Below, piece by piece: positions 1 through 7,739 of a stretch of DNA of 29,780 nucleotides. Both the position numbers and the translations under genes were made by a program. Every line of letters starts with the position of its first letter. Within the stretch, counting starts at the first letter, position 1. The stretch lies in the NCBI GenBank assembly GCA_035689945.1, contig DASSLB010000165.1:1-29780 (forward strand), read 5' to 3'. Origin of the DNA: Gaiellaceae bacterium (GTDB lineage Bacteria; Actinomycetota; Thermoleophilia; Gaiellales; Gaiellaceae). The notes under the pieces were generated by a model. That model searched no databases, was not told the DNA's origin, and saw nothing but the letters and a program-made list of their open reading frames with translations.

Positions 1-600
1 CTTGCCGCGGAGGTCGTCGACGTCGATGTTCCCGCGCGCGTCGGTCTGCACGTGTGTGAGCTCGAAGCCGGCCATCGTCACCGAGGCCGGGTTCGTGCCG
101 TGCGCGGTGTCGGGGATCACGACCTTGCGCCGCTGCTCTTCCTCGCCCCGCGCCGCGAAGTAGGCGCGAACGAGCAGCAGTCCCGTCAGCTCGCCCTGCG
201 AACCAGCTGCAGGTTGGAGCGAAACCGCATCGAGGCCCGTGACCTCGGTGAGGATCTCCTGCAGCCGCCACATCAGCTCGAGCGCTCCCTGCGCGCCATC
301 CTCGTCCTGGAGCGGATGGAGCCGCGCGAACCCGGGCAGCGCCGCGAGCCGCTCGTTGATCCGCGGGTTGTACTTCATCGTGCAGGAGCCGAGCGGATAG
401 AAGCCCGTGTCGACGCCGAAGTTGCGCGTCGACAGCTCCGTGAAGTGGCGGACGAGCTCGAACTCCGGCACCTCGGGGAGCCGAGGAGGCTCGCTGCGAC
501 GAAACTCCTCCGGGATCTCCGGCGGGGCGGGCAGGGTCTCGTAGTGCGGCAGCGCAGACGCTCGACGCCCCGATTGCGACTTCTCGTAGATCAGCTTCAT
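1..600 (-). CDS. gcvPB: Glycine dehydrogenase (decarboxylating) subunit 2, P-protein beta; partial, runs off the left edge
   Basis: Not in the ORF track. Manual translation from the ATG at 600 gives MKLIYEKSQSGRRA...LPEVPEFELVRHFTELSTRNFGVDTGFYPLGSCTMKYNPR, the typical GcvPB N-terminus. ATGA overlap with the gcvPA stop. Confidence 0.95.
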   Translation of the reverse strand, partial: MKLIYEKSQSGRRASALPHYETLPAPPEIPEEFRRSEPPRLPEVPEFELVRHFTELSTRNFGVDTGFYPLGSCTMKYNPRINERLAALPGFARLHPLQDEDGAQGALELMWRLQEILTEVTGLDAVSLQPAAGSQGELTGLLLVRAYFAARGEEEQRRKVVIPDTAHGTNPASVTMAGFELTHVQTDARGNIDVDDLRGK

Positions 601-1946
601 CCGTCGACCTCCGCGAGGACGTCGGCGAGGCGGTCGATCTCGTCCGGGGTGCGGCGCTCGGTAACCGCGACGAGCAGAACATCGTCCATCCCCTCGTAGT
701 CCCGGCCAAGCGCGTAGCCCGGATGGACACCATGCTCGCGCGCCGACGCAACGACCTCGCGAGCGTTCCGTCCGACCCGGACGGCAAACTCCTTGAACGT
801 TGTCTGGCTTGCGAACACCTGCTCGAGTCCCGCCCGCTCCTGGAGGCGCTGCTTCGCGTACGCGCCGAGGGACAGGCAGGTCTCCCCCAGCTCGCGCAGC
901 CCCTGCGGCCCGAGCCACGTGAGATAGACAAGCCCGCCGAGCGCGAGCAGCGTCTGGTTCGTGGTGATGTTCGAGGTTGCCTTCTCCCGCCGGATGTGCT
1001 GCTCCCGGGTCTGCAGCGTGAGGACATAGCCGCGGTCGCCCGCGGTGTCTACCGTCTCGCCGACGATGCGCCCCGGCATGCGCCGGATGAACTGCTCGCG
1101 CGCAGCGAGGAAGCCGTAATGCGGGCCACCGAAGGACGGGAAGTTGCCCGCCGCCTGTCCCTCGCCGAGCGCGAGCGCAGCGCCGTAGCGGCCTGGCGCT
1201 TCGAGCACGCCGAGCGAGAGGAGATCGACGTGCGCGATCGGCAGCGCGCCGGCTTCGTTGGCTCTCGCGCAGAGCTCGCGCGCCGGCTCGAGGCAGCCGA
1301 AGAAGTTCGGCTGCTGGAAGATGACCGCCGCGGCGTCCACAGCGGCCCGGTCCAGTTCGTCGGGGTCGGTCACTCCGTCGCGGTGCGGGACCTCGACGAT
1401 CTCGAGCCCGAACCCAGTGGCGAATGTCTTCGCGACCTGGCGCACCTGCGGGTTCGTCGCCTCGGTGACGACGACCTTGCTCCGCCCGGTCGTGTGCCTG
1501 GCGACGTAGCACGCGTCTGCAACGACGGTCGTGCCGTCGTACCCGGACGCATTGGACACGTCCATCCCCGTCAGCTCGCAGATCGCGGTCTGATACTCGA
1601 AGATCGCCTGGAGCACGCCTTGGCTCATTTCGGGCTGGTACGGCGTGTATGCCGTCAGCAGCTCGCCGCGCTGGAGGATCGTGTCGACGACCGCGGGCAC
1701 GTAATGGTCGTAGATGCCCGCGCCGAGAAACGACAGCTCGCGAGCCGCGTCGGCGTTCCTTCCGGCGAGAGCGGCGAGGTGCTCGAACACCTCTTGCTCG
1801 GACAGCGCGGGCTCGAGCTCGAGCTCGCGTCCGAATCGAACGGCCTCGGGCAGGTCGCGGAAGAGCTCGTCGACCGTGGCGACGCCGATCGTCGCCAGCA
1901 TCTCCTCCCGGTCGGAGTCCGTGAGCGCGAGGAAGGGATGCGTCAC
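597..1946 (-). CDS. gcvPA: Glycine dehydrogenase (decarboxylating) subunit 1, P-protein alpha (449 aa)
   Basis: Motifs SFLGAGIYDHYVP, TAYTPYQPEMSQG, LQTREQHIRREKATSNITTNQ. True start is the GTG at 1946, overlapping the gcvH stop (GTGA); the ORF-track extension to 2750 is spurious. Confidence 0.96.
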   Translation of the reverse strand: MTHPFLALTDSDREEMLATIGVATVDELFRDLPEAVRFGRELELEPALSEQEVFEHLAALAGRNADAARELSFLGAGIYDHYVPAVVDTILQRGELLTAYTPYQPEMSQGVLQAIFEYQTAICELTGMDVSNASGYDGTTVVADACYVARHTTGRSKVVVTEATNPQVRQVAKTFATGFGLEIVEVPHRDGVTDPDELDRAAVDAAAVIFQQPNFFGCLEPARELCARANEAGALPIAHVDLLSLGVLEAPGRYGAALALGEGQAAGNFPSFGGPHYGFLAAREQFIRRMPGRIVGETVDTAGDRGYVLTLQTREQHIRREKATSNITTNQTLLALGGLVYLTWLGPQGLRELGETCLSLGAYAKQRLQERAGLEQVFASQTTFKEFAVRVGRNAREVVASAREHGVHPGYALGRDYEGMDDVLLVAVTERRTPDEIDRLADVLAEVDG

Positions 1947-2338
1947 TGGTCTGCGAGCAGCTGGCGGTAGGCGTCGGAATCGAGCAACGCGTCGACCTCG
2001 CCCGAGTCGGACAGCCGGATGCGAATCAGCCACCCGTTGCCGTACGGATCCTCGTTCACGGTTTCCGGCGCGCCCACCACCTGCTCGTTTACCGCGAGCA
2101 CCTCGCCTGAGAGCGGCGCGACCACGTCGGAGACGGCCTTTACCGACTCGACCTCCCCGTAGGACTGATCCTTCGTCACACTCGCGCCGACCTCGGGCGG
2201 CTCGAAGTGGACGAGCTCGCCGAGCGCGTCGGCGGCGAACCAGGTGATTCCAAGCGTTGCCTCGTCGCCCTCGACGCGGGCCCAATCGTGCTCCTCGTGG
2301 TATTTCAGGTCGTCGGGATAGGTCTCGGCGGCTGCCAC
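1943..2338 (-). CDS. gcvH: Glycine cleavage system H protein (lipoyl carrier)
   Basis: YPDDLKYHEEHDWARV, lipoyl motif GEVESVKAVSD, VNEDPYGNGW. SD GGAGG upstream of the GTG start. Confidence 0.97.
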   Translation of the reverse strand: MAAAETYPDDLKYHEEHDWARVEGDEATLGITWFAADALGELVHFEPPEVGASVTKDQSYGEVESVKAVSDVVAPLSGEVLAVNEQVVGAPETVNEDPYGNGWLIRIRLSDSGEVDALLDSDAYRQLLADQ

Positions 2339-3397
2339 TCAATCCTCCCTCTTGTAGATCGGCTTCTTCACGACGCGGGCGCGGCGCTGGCGGCCGCGAA
2401 CGTCGATCGTCAGCTCGGTTCCGGGCGACGCCTGCGCGACCGGCACGTATCCCATGCCGATCCCGACTTCGAGCATCGGCGAATGCGAGCCGGACGTCAC
2501 CTCGCCACCTCCGTCGATCGACATCCCCTGCCGGGGAATCGCCTTGTCCTCCATCACGAACGCGACGAGCCGACGCTCGGGTCCCTCGGCCTTGACGCGC
2601 CGCAGAACCTCGACACCCTGGAACTCCTTGTCCAGCGCGCACACCCACCCGAGGCCCGCCGAGATCGCGTCGGTGTCCGGTCCGATGTCGTTGCCGTGCA
2701 ACGGATAGCAGACCTCGAGGCGCAGCGTGTCGCGCGCGCCGAGACCACACGGGACCGCGCCACGCTCGAGCACGGCGTCCCAGAGCCGCACCGCGTCCTC
2801 GGTCATGCAGAGGAGCTCGCAGCCGTCCTCGCCGGTGTAGCCGGTCCGGTTCACCATCACCTCGATGCCGTCGAGCAAGGTCTCGGCGTACGTGAACGGC
2901 GCCGCTGGCCGGAGCCCGAGCCGTTCGATCGCACGCGGCCCCTGCACTGCCAGGAGCGCGCAGTCGTCGGAGACCTCCCGAACGTCCGAGCCGTGAATCT
3001 CACGTTCCTTCAGCCAGGTGTAGTCGATCTCGCGGTTCGCCGCGTTGACGACGAGGAGGTAGGAGCACTCGCCGACGCGGTAGACGATGAGGTCGTCGAC
3101 GATCCCGCCGTCCTCGTTCGTCAGCAGCGTGTACTGCGCCTCGCCTACCGAGAGCCGGTCGAGGTCGTTCGAGAGTGCGCCCTGCAGGAGCTCCCGCGCG
3201 CGTGGCCCCTCGACCTCGAGCTCGCCCATGTGCGAGACGTCGAAGACACCGGCGTCCGTCCGCACAGCCCGGTGCTCGGGAATGACCCCGGAGTACTGCA
3301 CGGGCATCTCCCAGCCCGCAAACGGCACCATCCGCGCCCCGAGTTCGACGTGCCGATCGTGGAGCGGCGTGTGCAGGAGCGTCTCGGGCATCGGCAC
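2339..3397 (-). CDS. gcvT: Glycine cleavage system aminomethyltransferase T
   Basis: FAGWEMPVQY, GVFDVSHMGE, RTGYTGEDG, GLGARDTLRLE. Start is the GTG at 3397 (leaderless geometry) or the ATG at 3391. Confidence 0.97.
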   Translation of the reverse strand: MPMPETLLHTPLHDRHVELGARMVPFAGWEMPVQYSGVIPEHRAVRTDAGVFDVSHMGELEVEGPRARELLQGALSNDLDRLSVGEAQYTLLTNEDGGIVDDLIVYRVGECSYLLVVNAANREIDYTWLKEREIHGSDVREVSDDCALLAVQGPRAIERLGLRPAAPFTYAETLLDGIEVMVNRTGYTGEDGCELLCMTEDAVRLWDAVLERGAVPCGLGARDTLRLEVCYPLHGNDIGPDTDAISAGLGWVCALDKEFQGVEVLRRVKAEGPERRLVAFVMEDKAIPRQGMSIDGGGEVTSGSHSPMLEVGIGMGYVPVAQASPGTELTIDVRGRQRRARVVKKPIYKRED

Positions 3398-3402
3398 CGC
3401 CG

Positions 3403-3408
3403 ATCCTA
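3403..3408 (-). promoter_or_regulatory. Candidate -10 box (TAGGAT) for a leaderless gcvT transcript
   Basis: TAGGAT lies 5 nt upstream of GTG 3397. No SD is visible. Confidence 0.45.
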
Positions 3409-3415
3409 GTTGTGG

Positions 3416-3580
3416 CCGGGAAGCCGGGGTTCAGTCGAAACGTCCCCAGAACGGAGCTGCCCCGGCTCGTCCGAGGACGAGCCGGGGCAGCGGACCGGGT
3501 CGTGGGGTTGACTCGAATAGGGTCAACCCTGTTGAGGGCATCGACGATGTGCCCCGTTTCAACCGAGTCAAACCTCCCAG
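3416..3580 (-). ncRNA. Candidate structured RNA of unknown family in the ftsZ-gcvT gap
   Basis: Nested complementary segments: closing stem 3580-3571/3425-3416 (6 Watson-Crick + 4 G-U pairs, valid only on the minus strand), UUGACUCG/CGAGUCAA, GUUGA-GGGCA/UGCCC-UCAAC, AGGG/CCCU, CCCCA/UGGGG, and a perfect 17-nt inverted repeat 3456-3472/3475-3491. Confidence 0.55.
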
Positions 3581-3611
3581 GTCGTCGAGCGCGAAACGCC
3601 GCTCGCCGCCG

Positions 3612-4679
3612 CTATTCGTTGCGCAGGAAGGACGGCACGTCGAGGGTCTCGTCGCCGCCGTGCTCCGGCGGGCCCGACGAGACCGAGACCGGTGCCGCCT
3701 CGAAGCTGCCGCGACGCCGGCGGCGTCCGCCGCCGAACCCGGTCGCGATGACGGTGACGCGCACGTCGTCGCCCATCGCCTCGTCGATTACCGCGCCGAA
3801 GATGATGTTCGCGTTCGGGTCGGCAGCGCTCGTTACGACCTCCGCTGCCTCGTTCACCTCGAACAGGCCGATGTCGGGGCCGCCGGTGATGTTGAGCAGG
3901 ATCCCGGTTGCGCCCTCGATCGACGACTCCAGCAACGGCGAGGAGACGGCGGAACGCGCCGCTTCGGCCGCGCGGTTGTCCCCGCTCGCCGAGCCAATGC
4001 CCATGAGAGCCGAGCCGGCCTCGCGCATGATCGTGCGCACGTCCGCGAAGTCGAGATTGACGAGCCCGGGCACGGTGATCAGATCGGTGATCCCCTGCAC
4101 GCCCTGACGGAGGACGTCATCAGCCATCCGGAACGCGTCGACGACCGAGGTCTGCTTCTCGACCACCTGAAGCAGCCGGTCGTTCTCGATCACGATGAGC
4201 GTCTCGAGCCGGTCGCGCAGGTTTTCGATCCCCTGCTCGGCCTGCTGCGCGCGCTTGCGTCCCTCGAAGTTGAACGGCTTCGTGACGACGCCGACGGTCA
4301 ACGCCCCGAGCTCACGCCCGAGCTCGGCGACGACGGGAGCAGCGCCGGTCCCCGTCCCGCCGCCTTCACCGGCCGTGATGAAGATCATGTCGGCGCCCTT
4401 CAGCGCCTCCTTCAACTCGTCGCGGCTCTCCTGGGCGGCCGCCAGGCCGACAGCAGGATCGGCACCGGCCCCGAGGCCGCGGGTGGCCGCGGAACCGATA
4501 TGGATCTTCACGTCCGCGTCGCACCCCATCAACGCCTGAGCGTCGGTGTTCACCGCGATGAACTCGACGCCCGAGAGGCCGGCGTCCACCATCCGGTTGA
4601 CGGCGTTCGTGCCGCCGCCGCCGACGCCGACGACTCTGATCAGGGCGAGGTAGTTCCCGGCTGCGTCGCTCGTGCTCAT
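3612..4679 (-). CDS. ftsZ: Cell division GTPase FtsZ (355 aa)
   Basis: [14 protein letters not shown], tubulin signature GGGTGTG, T7 loop NLDFADV, C-terminal peptide LDVPSFLR. Confidence 0.99.
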   Translation of the reverse strand: MSTSDAAGNYLALIRVVGVGGGGTNAVNRMVDAGLSGVEFIAVNTDAQALMGCDADVKIHIGSAATRGLGAGADPAVGLAAAQESRDELKEALKGADMIFITAGEGGGTGTGAAPVVAELGRELGALTVGVVTKPFNFEGRKRAQQAEQGIENLRDRLETLIVIENDRLLQVVEKQTSVVDAFRMADDVLRQGVQGITDLITVPGLVNLDFADVRTIMREAGSALMGIGSASGDNRAAEAARSAVSSPLLESSIEGATGILLNITGGPDIGLFEVNEAAEVVTSAADPNANIIFGAVIDEAMGDDVRVTVIATGFGGGRRRRRGSFEAAPVSVSSGPPEHGGDETLDVPSFLRNE

Positions 4680-4690
4680 CCGCTCGGAGT

Positions 4691-4806
4691 CTGAACCTTC
4701 AGTAGAGGATTGGGGCAGGATTCAGCAACAACGGCCAGCAGGGTATGCGGCCGCAGGCTCGTTGTCAACTGGAGGTCGAGCTTCTGTGGCTCAACCTCCA
4801 GTCGAG
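4691..4806. repeat. Three copies of a 17-bp pseudo-palindromic operator-like motif upstream of ftsZ
   Basis: CTGAACCTTCAGTAGAG (4691-4707, +), CTCGACCTCCAGTTGAC (4780-4764, -), CTCAACCTCCAGTCGAG (4790-4806, +). Confidence 0.7.
4740..4768 (-). promoter_or_regulatory. Housekeeping sigma promoter for ftsZ
   Basis: TTGACA (4768-4763), 17-nt spacer, TACCCT (4745-4740). Confidence 0.75.
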
Positions 4807-5609
4807 CCTTGTGGTACTGCCATCAACGGAGAACCCGTGCCGGACACGGCTCGGCCGGGGACGCTCACATCGAGGTAGGTCGATCCCGAGGGCAGGAAGG
4901 CGAGCGCGCGCTCCGCCACGGCAACCTTGAGCTTGACGTCGGTTGCGGCGCCCATAAGTAGCTGCAGGCCCGACCGGAGGTGGAAGACGAGTGCCTCCTG
5001 GGTGTACGTCACGGTGGCGAGCCGGGGAGCGAGAGTCCCGGCGAGGCCGGCCGCCCTGACGGCGACGCGCGCCTCCCTCGCGTCGAGAATGGAACCGACA
5101 GGCAGCGCTGCGTGAGCAGTGGTCCAGACGCGCGGCAGGCTCGGGTCGGCCCCGGACGAGAGGGGCTCGATGATCCGGCCTCGGATCGAAACGAGCCAGC
5201 TGTTTGCACCGCTGCGCAGAACGGCCGCTGGGTGCTCCGGCACCACGGTGACGCGAAGCGTGTGTGGGAAACCGCGGTCGTAGGTCGCGCTGACCACGGT
5301 GGGGAGCGCCTCAACGCTGCGCACCACAGCCGAGCCGTCGAGGCCGACGAGCGGTTTGCCGACCAGCGAGGCAAGCGCGTGGCGCACTTGGCCGGCGACG
5401 CGAGCCGAGCCTCCCTGGACTTCGATTCGATCGATCGCGAAGAGCGGCGTCTCACGAGCGAGCATGTATGCGATGAGGGCAAAGGCGACAATGCCGAGGC
5501 CGACGGCAAGCGAGCGGCGGGTCGGAACGATCCGAGCGAGCCACGCTCGCGGGCGCATGTGTGGCCAACTCGGGCGCCACGGCAGGATGGCGGCCTCCGC
5601 GCGCGCCAT
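4791..5609 (-). CDS. ftsQ: Cell division protein FtsQ/DivIB (272 aa)
   Basis: Single N-terminal TM helix, POTRA-like segment (FAIDRIEVQG...LPTVVSATYDRGFPHTLRVTVVPEHP), C-terminal YLDVSVPGRAV, located between murB and ftsZ. ATG 5609 preferred; GTG 5639 possible. Confidence 0.9.
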   Translation of the reverse strand: MARAEAAILPWRPSWPHMRPRAWLARIVPTRRSLAVGLGIVAFALIAYMLARETPLFAIDRIEVQGGSARVAGQVRHALASLVGKPLVGLDGSAVVRSVEALPTVVSATYDRGFPHTLRVTVVPEHPAAVLRSGANSWLVSIRGRIIEPLSSGADPSLPRVWTTAHAALPVGSILDAREARVAVRAAGLAGTLAPRLATVTYTQEALVFHLRSGLQLLMGAATDVKLKVAVAERALAFLPSGSTYLDVSVPGRAVSGTGSPLMAVPQGSTGG

Positions 5610-5670
5610 GGACCGGCTGAAACGAGCCCTCGCAGGCACCCGTAGAAGTTCGGCGCCGAAGCGACCGCTC

Positions 5671-6549
5671 CTACAGGTCGGGCAGCACGAGCTCGCCGAG
5701 GAACTCGACCTCGTGCTCGAGCCGGACGCCGTACCGCTCGTGTGCCCGCCGCCGAGCCTCGGCCATGAGAGCGAGAGCGTCGGCTGTCGTGGCGGCGTCG
5801 GCGTTCTCGATGAAGTTCGCGTGCTTCGGCGAGATCTGGGCTCCGCCGATCCGGTAGCCCTTGAGCCCGCATGCCTCGAGCATCCGCCCCGCGCTCAACT
5901 CGTGGTCGGGGTTCTTGAAGACGCTGCCGAACGTGCGCCGGTTCGTGGGCTGGGCCTCCTTCCGGCGCGTGTTCATCTCCCGTACCTCTGCCTTGATCTG
6001 GTCCGGAGGCCGCGGCCGCAGCCGGAGCTCTGCGCGAAGAACGACCTGTCCGTGCCGGAGCTCAGAGTGCCGGTAGGTCAGTCCCAGCTCTGAAGGCGTC
6101 AGCCAGCCGCTCCCGTCGGCGGTCGCGACGAGCCCGCGCTCGAGGACGCCTGCGAAGTCTCCCCCGTAGGCACCCGCGTTCATCCACACGCCCCCGCCGA
6201 TGGTGCCGGGGATCGCGCACGCGAACTCGAAGCCGCCGAGCCCGGCGGCACGGGCGCTGTGCAAGGCAACGGCGTTCGGCGCTCCGCCTCCCACCCTCAG
6301 CACTTCCCCGTCGACCTCGACCTTGACCAGCTGCCCCGCGAGCTTGAGGACGAGCGCGTCTACGCCTTCGTCCGCTGCGAGGAGGTTCGAGCCGAGGCCG
6401 ACGACGGCGACGGGGAGCGACCGCGCCCGCGCCCAACGCAACAGCTCGACGACCTCTTCCTCAGACTCAGGCCGTGCGAAGGCGCGCGCGGGACCACCGG
6501 TGCCGAGCGACGTGAAGCGGGCGAGCTCGATTCCCTCTTCGATCTTCAT
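5671..6549 (-). CDS. murB: UDP-N-acetylmuramate dehydrogenase (292 aa)
   Basis: VVGLGSNLL, IPGTIGGGVWMNAGAYG, QPTNRRTFGSVFKNP, ISPKHANFIEN. ATG 6549 overlaps the murC stop (ATGA). Confidence 0.97.
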   Translation of the reverse strand: MKIEEGIELARFTSLGTGGPARAFARPESEEEVVELLRWARARSLPVAVVGLGSNLLAADEGVDALVLKLAGQLVKVEVDGEVLRVGGGAPNAVALHSARAAGLGGFEFACAIPGTIGGGVWMNAGAYGGDFAGVLERGLVATADGSGWLTPSELGLTYRHSELRHGQVVLRAELRLRPRPPDQIKAEVREMNTRRKEAQPTNRRTFGSVFKNPDHELSAGRMLEACGLKGYRIGGAQISPKHANFIENADAATTADALALMAEARRRAHERYGVRLEHEVEFLGELVLPDL

Positions 6550-7739
6550 GCCAGCGCCTCGAGGATCAGCGGAGCGGCGCTGTCGACGTCTCCTGCACCG
6601 AGCGTGATCACGGTGTCCCCCGGCCGTGCCCAGGTGGCGACGAGACGAGCTGCATCGCCGAGCCCAGGCGCCCAGCCGATGTGCATGCCGGGACGACGCC
6701 GGGCGAGCTCGTCCACGATCAGCTTGCCGCTCACCCCGGGCAACGGCTCCTCGCGCGCGGGGTAGATCTCGGTGACGCATGCAGCGTCGGCACTGGCGAG
6801 CGCCTCGGCGAAGCCGTGCGCAAGGTGAAGCGTCCGGGAATAGAGGTGCGGCTGGAAGAGGGCCAGTACCCGGCCCGCATTTCGGATCGCAGCGAGGTCG
6901 GCGGCCAACTCGGCCGGATGATGGGCGTAGCTGTCGAGGACGGTCACGCCTCCCGCCTCCCCCTTCGGCTCGAGCCGCCGCCCGGCACCGCGGAACTCGA
7001 GTAGTGCCGTCTCGGCGGCCGCGCGCGACACGCCCGCGAGCTCGAGCGTTGCGATCGCAGCAGCAGCGTTACGCCGGTTGTGCTCGCCCGGCACGGCGAG
7101 GTTCATGTCCACCGGCTCGAGCTCCTCGGCGCGCACGACGTGCGGCACATCGCGCAGCCAGTCCTCGAAGAAGGCGGCGACCTCATCCCGTGAGACGAAC
7201 GTCGTGTGGTGGTCGAGGTCGACGTTGAGGAGCACGGCGACTTCTGGGCGCAACGCGCCGACCGAGCGATCCGACTCGTCCCCCTCGACGACGAGCCAGC
7301 CGGATCCGGCGCGCGCATTGCCGCCGAGCTGGGGCACGTCGGCGCCGATGAGAAATGCCGGGTCCAGGCCGAGCCGGTCGAGGCAGAAGGCGATCATCGC
7401 CGTGGTCGTCGTCTTGCCATGCGCGCCGGCGACGACGATCGTCCGCTGCTGCTCGACGAGCTCGGCGAGGAGGTCGGCTCGCTGCCGCCCCTCGACGCGG
7501 CCGGCGAATGCCGTCGAGACAAACGCCTCCCACCCCGGAGGCGGCGGCGGCGGATCCGGCGAGATCTCGATGGCAACGTCGTCGAGATGGCGCAGGTACG
7601 GCGTCTCGACGCGATCCCAGCCCGCGACCTCTGCTCCCCAGGCGCGCGCGAGCAGCGCGTAACCGCTCATGCCGGCGCCGCCGATTCCGGCGATCCAGAT
7701 ACGCCTACCGGCGAGCGACTGCGAGGGAGACGAGCTCAT
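6546..7739 (-). CDS. murC: UDP-N-acetylmuramate--L-alanine ligase, unusually short (397 aa)
   Basis: GIGGAGMSG, GAHGKTTTT, EGDESD, GAGRRLE, YAHHPAE, FQPHLYSRT, LGAGDV. Start re-called to ATG 7739. Confidence 0.93.
   Translation of the reverse strand: MSSSPSQSLAGRRIWIAGIGGAGMSGYALLARAWGAEVAGWDRVETPYLRHLDDVAIEISPDPPPPPPGWEAFVSTAFAGRVEGRQRADLLAELVEQQRTIVVAGAHGKTTTTAMIAFCLDRLGLDPAFLIGADVPQLGGNARAGSGWLVVEGDESDRSVGALRPEVAVLLNVDLDHHTTFVSRDEVAAFFEDWLRDVPHVVRAEELEPVDMNLAVPGEHNRRNAAAAIATLELAGVSRAAAETALLEFRGAGRRLEPKGEAGGVTVLDSYAHHPAELAADLAAIRNAGRVLALFQPHLYSRTLHLAHGFAEALASADAACVTEIYPAREEPLPGVSGKLIVDELARRRPGMHIGWAPGLGDAARLVATWARPGDTVITLGAGDVDSAAPLILEALA

Noticed and set aside
1812-1826. Tandem CTCGAG repeats, and frequent CTCGAG/GAGCTC throughout the window
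   Set aside because: Explained by Leu-Glu codon pairs (CTC GAG), here ELELE in GcvPA; not a repeat element.
3435-3447. GGGGACGTTTCGAC, resembling a tmRNA 5' end
   Set aside because: The D-loop segment is truncated, there is no room for a tag ORF or 3' T-arm/CCA, and gcvT starts about 40 nt later.
3416-3580. SRP RNA, RNase P RNA or tRNA
   Set aside because: No SRP domain IV CAGG..GGAA..GCAGC arrangement, no GAGGAAAGUCC, and no cloverleaf on either strand.
3398-3611. Glycine riboswitch upstream of gcvT
   Set aside because: The conserved aptamer elements (GGAGA, CCGAAG, CUCAGG/UUCAGG) are not present on the minus strand.
52-4694. Long plus-strand ORFs (52-699, 723-1970, 2207-3409, 3087-4694) and similar ones such as 16916-18052 and 24295-26010
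   Set aside because: Antisense shadows of real high-GC genes: Arg/Ala/Pro-rich, no family motifs, expected where stop codons are rare.
5649-5660. 12-bp palindrome TTCGGCGCCGAA between murB and ftsQ
   Set aside because: Single, short and GC-rich; no second copy was noticed, so it is likely chance or a minor hairpin.
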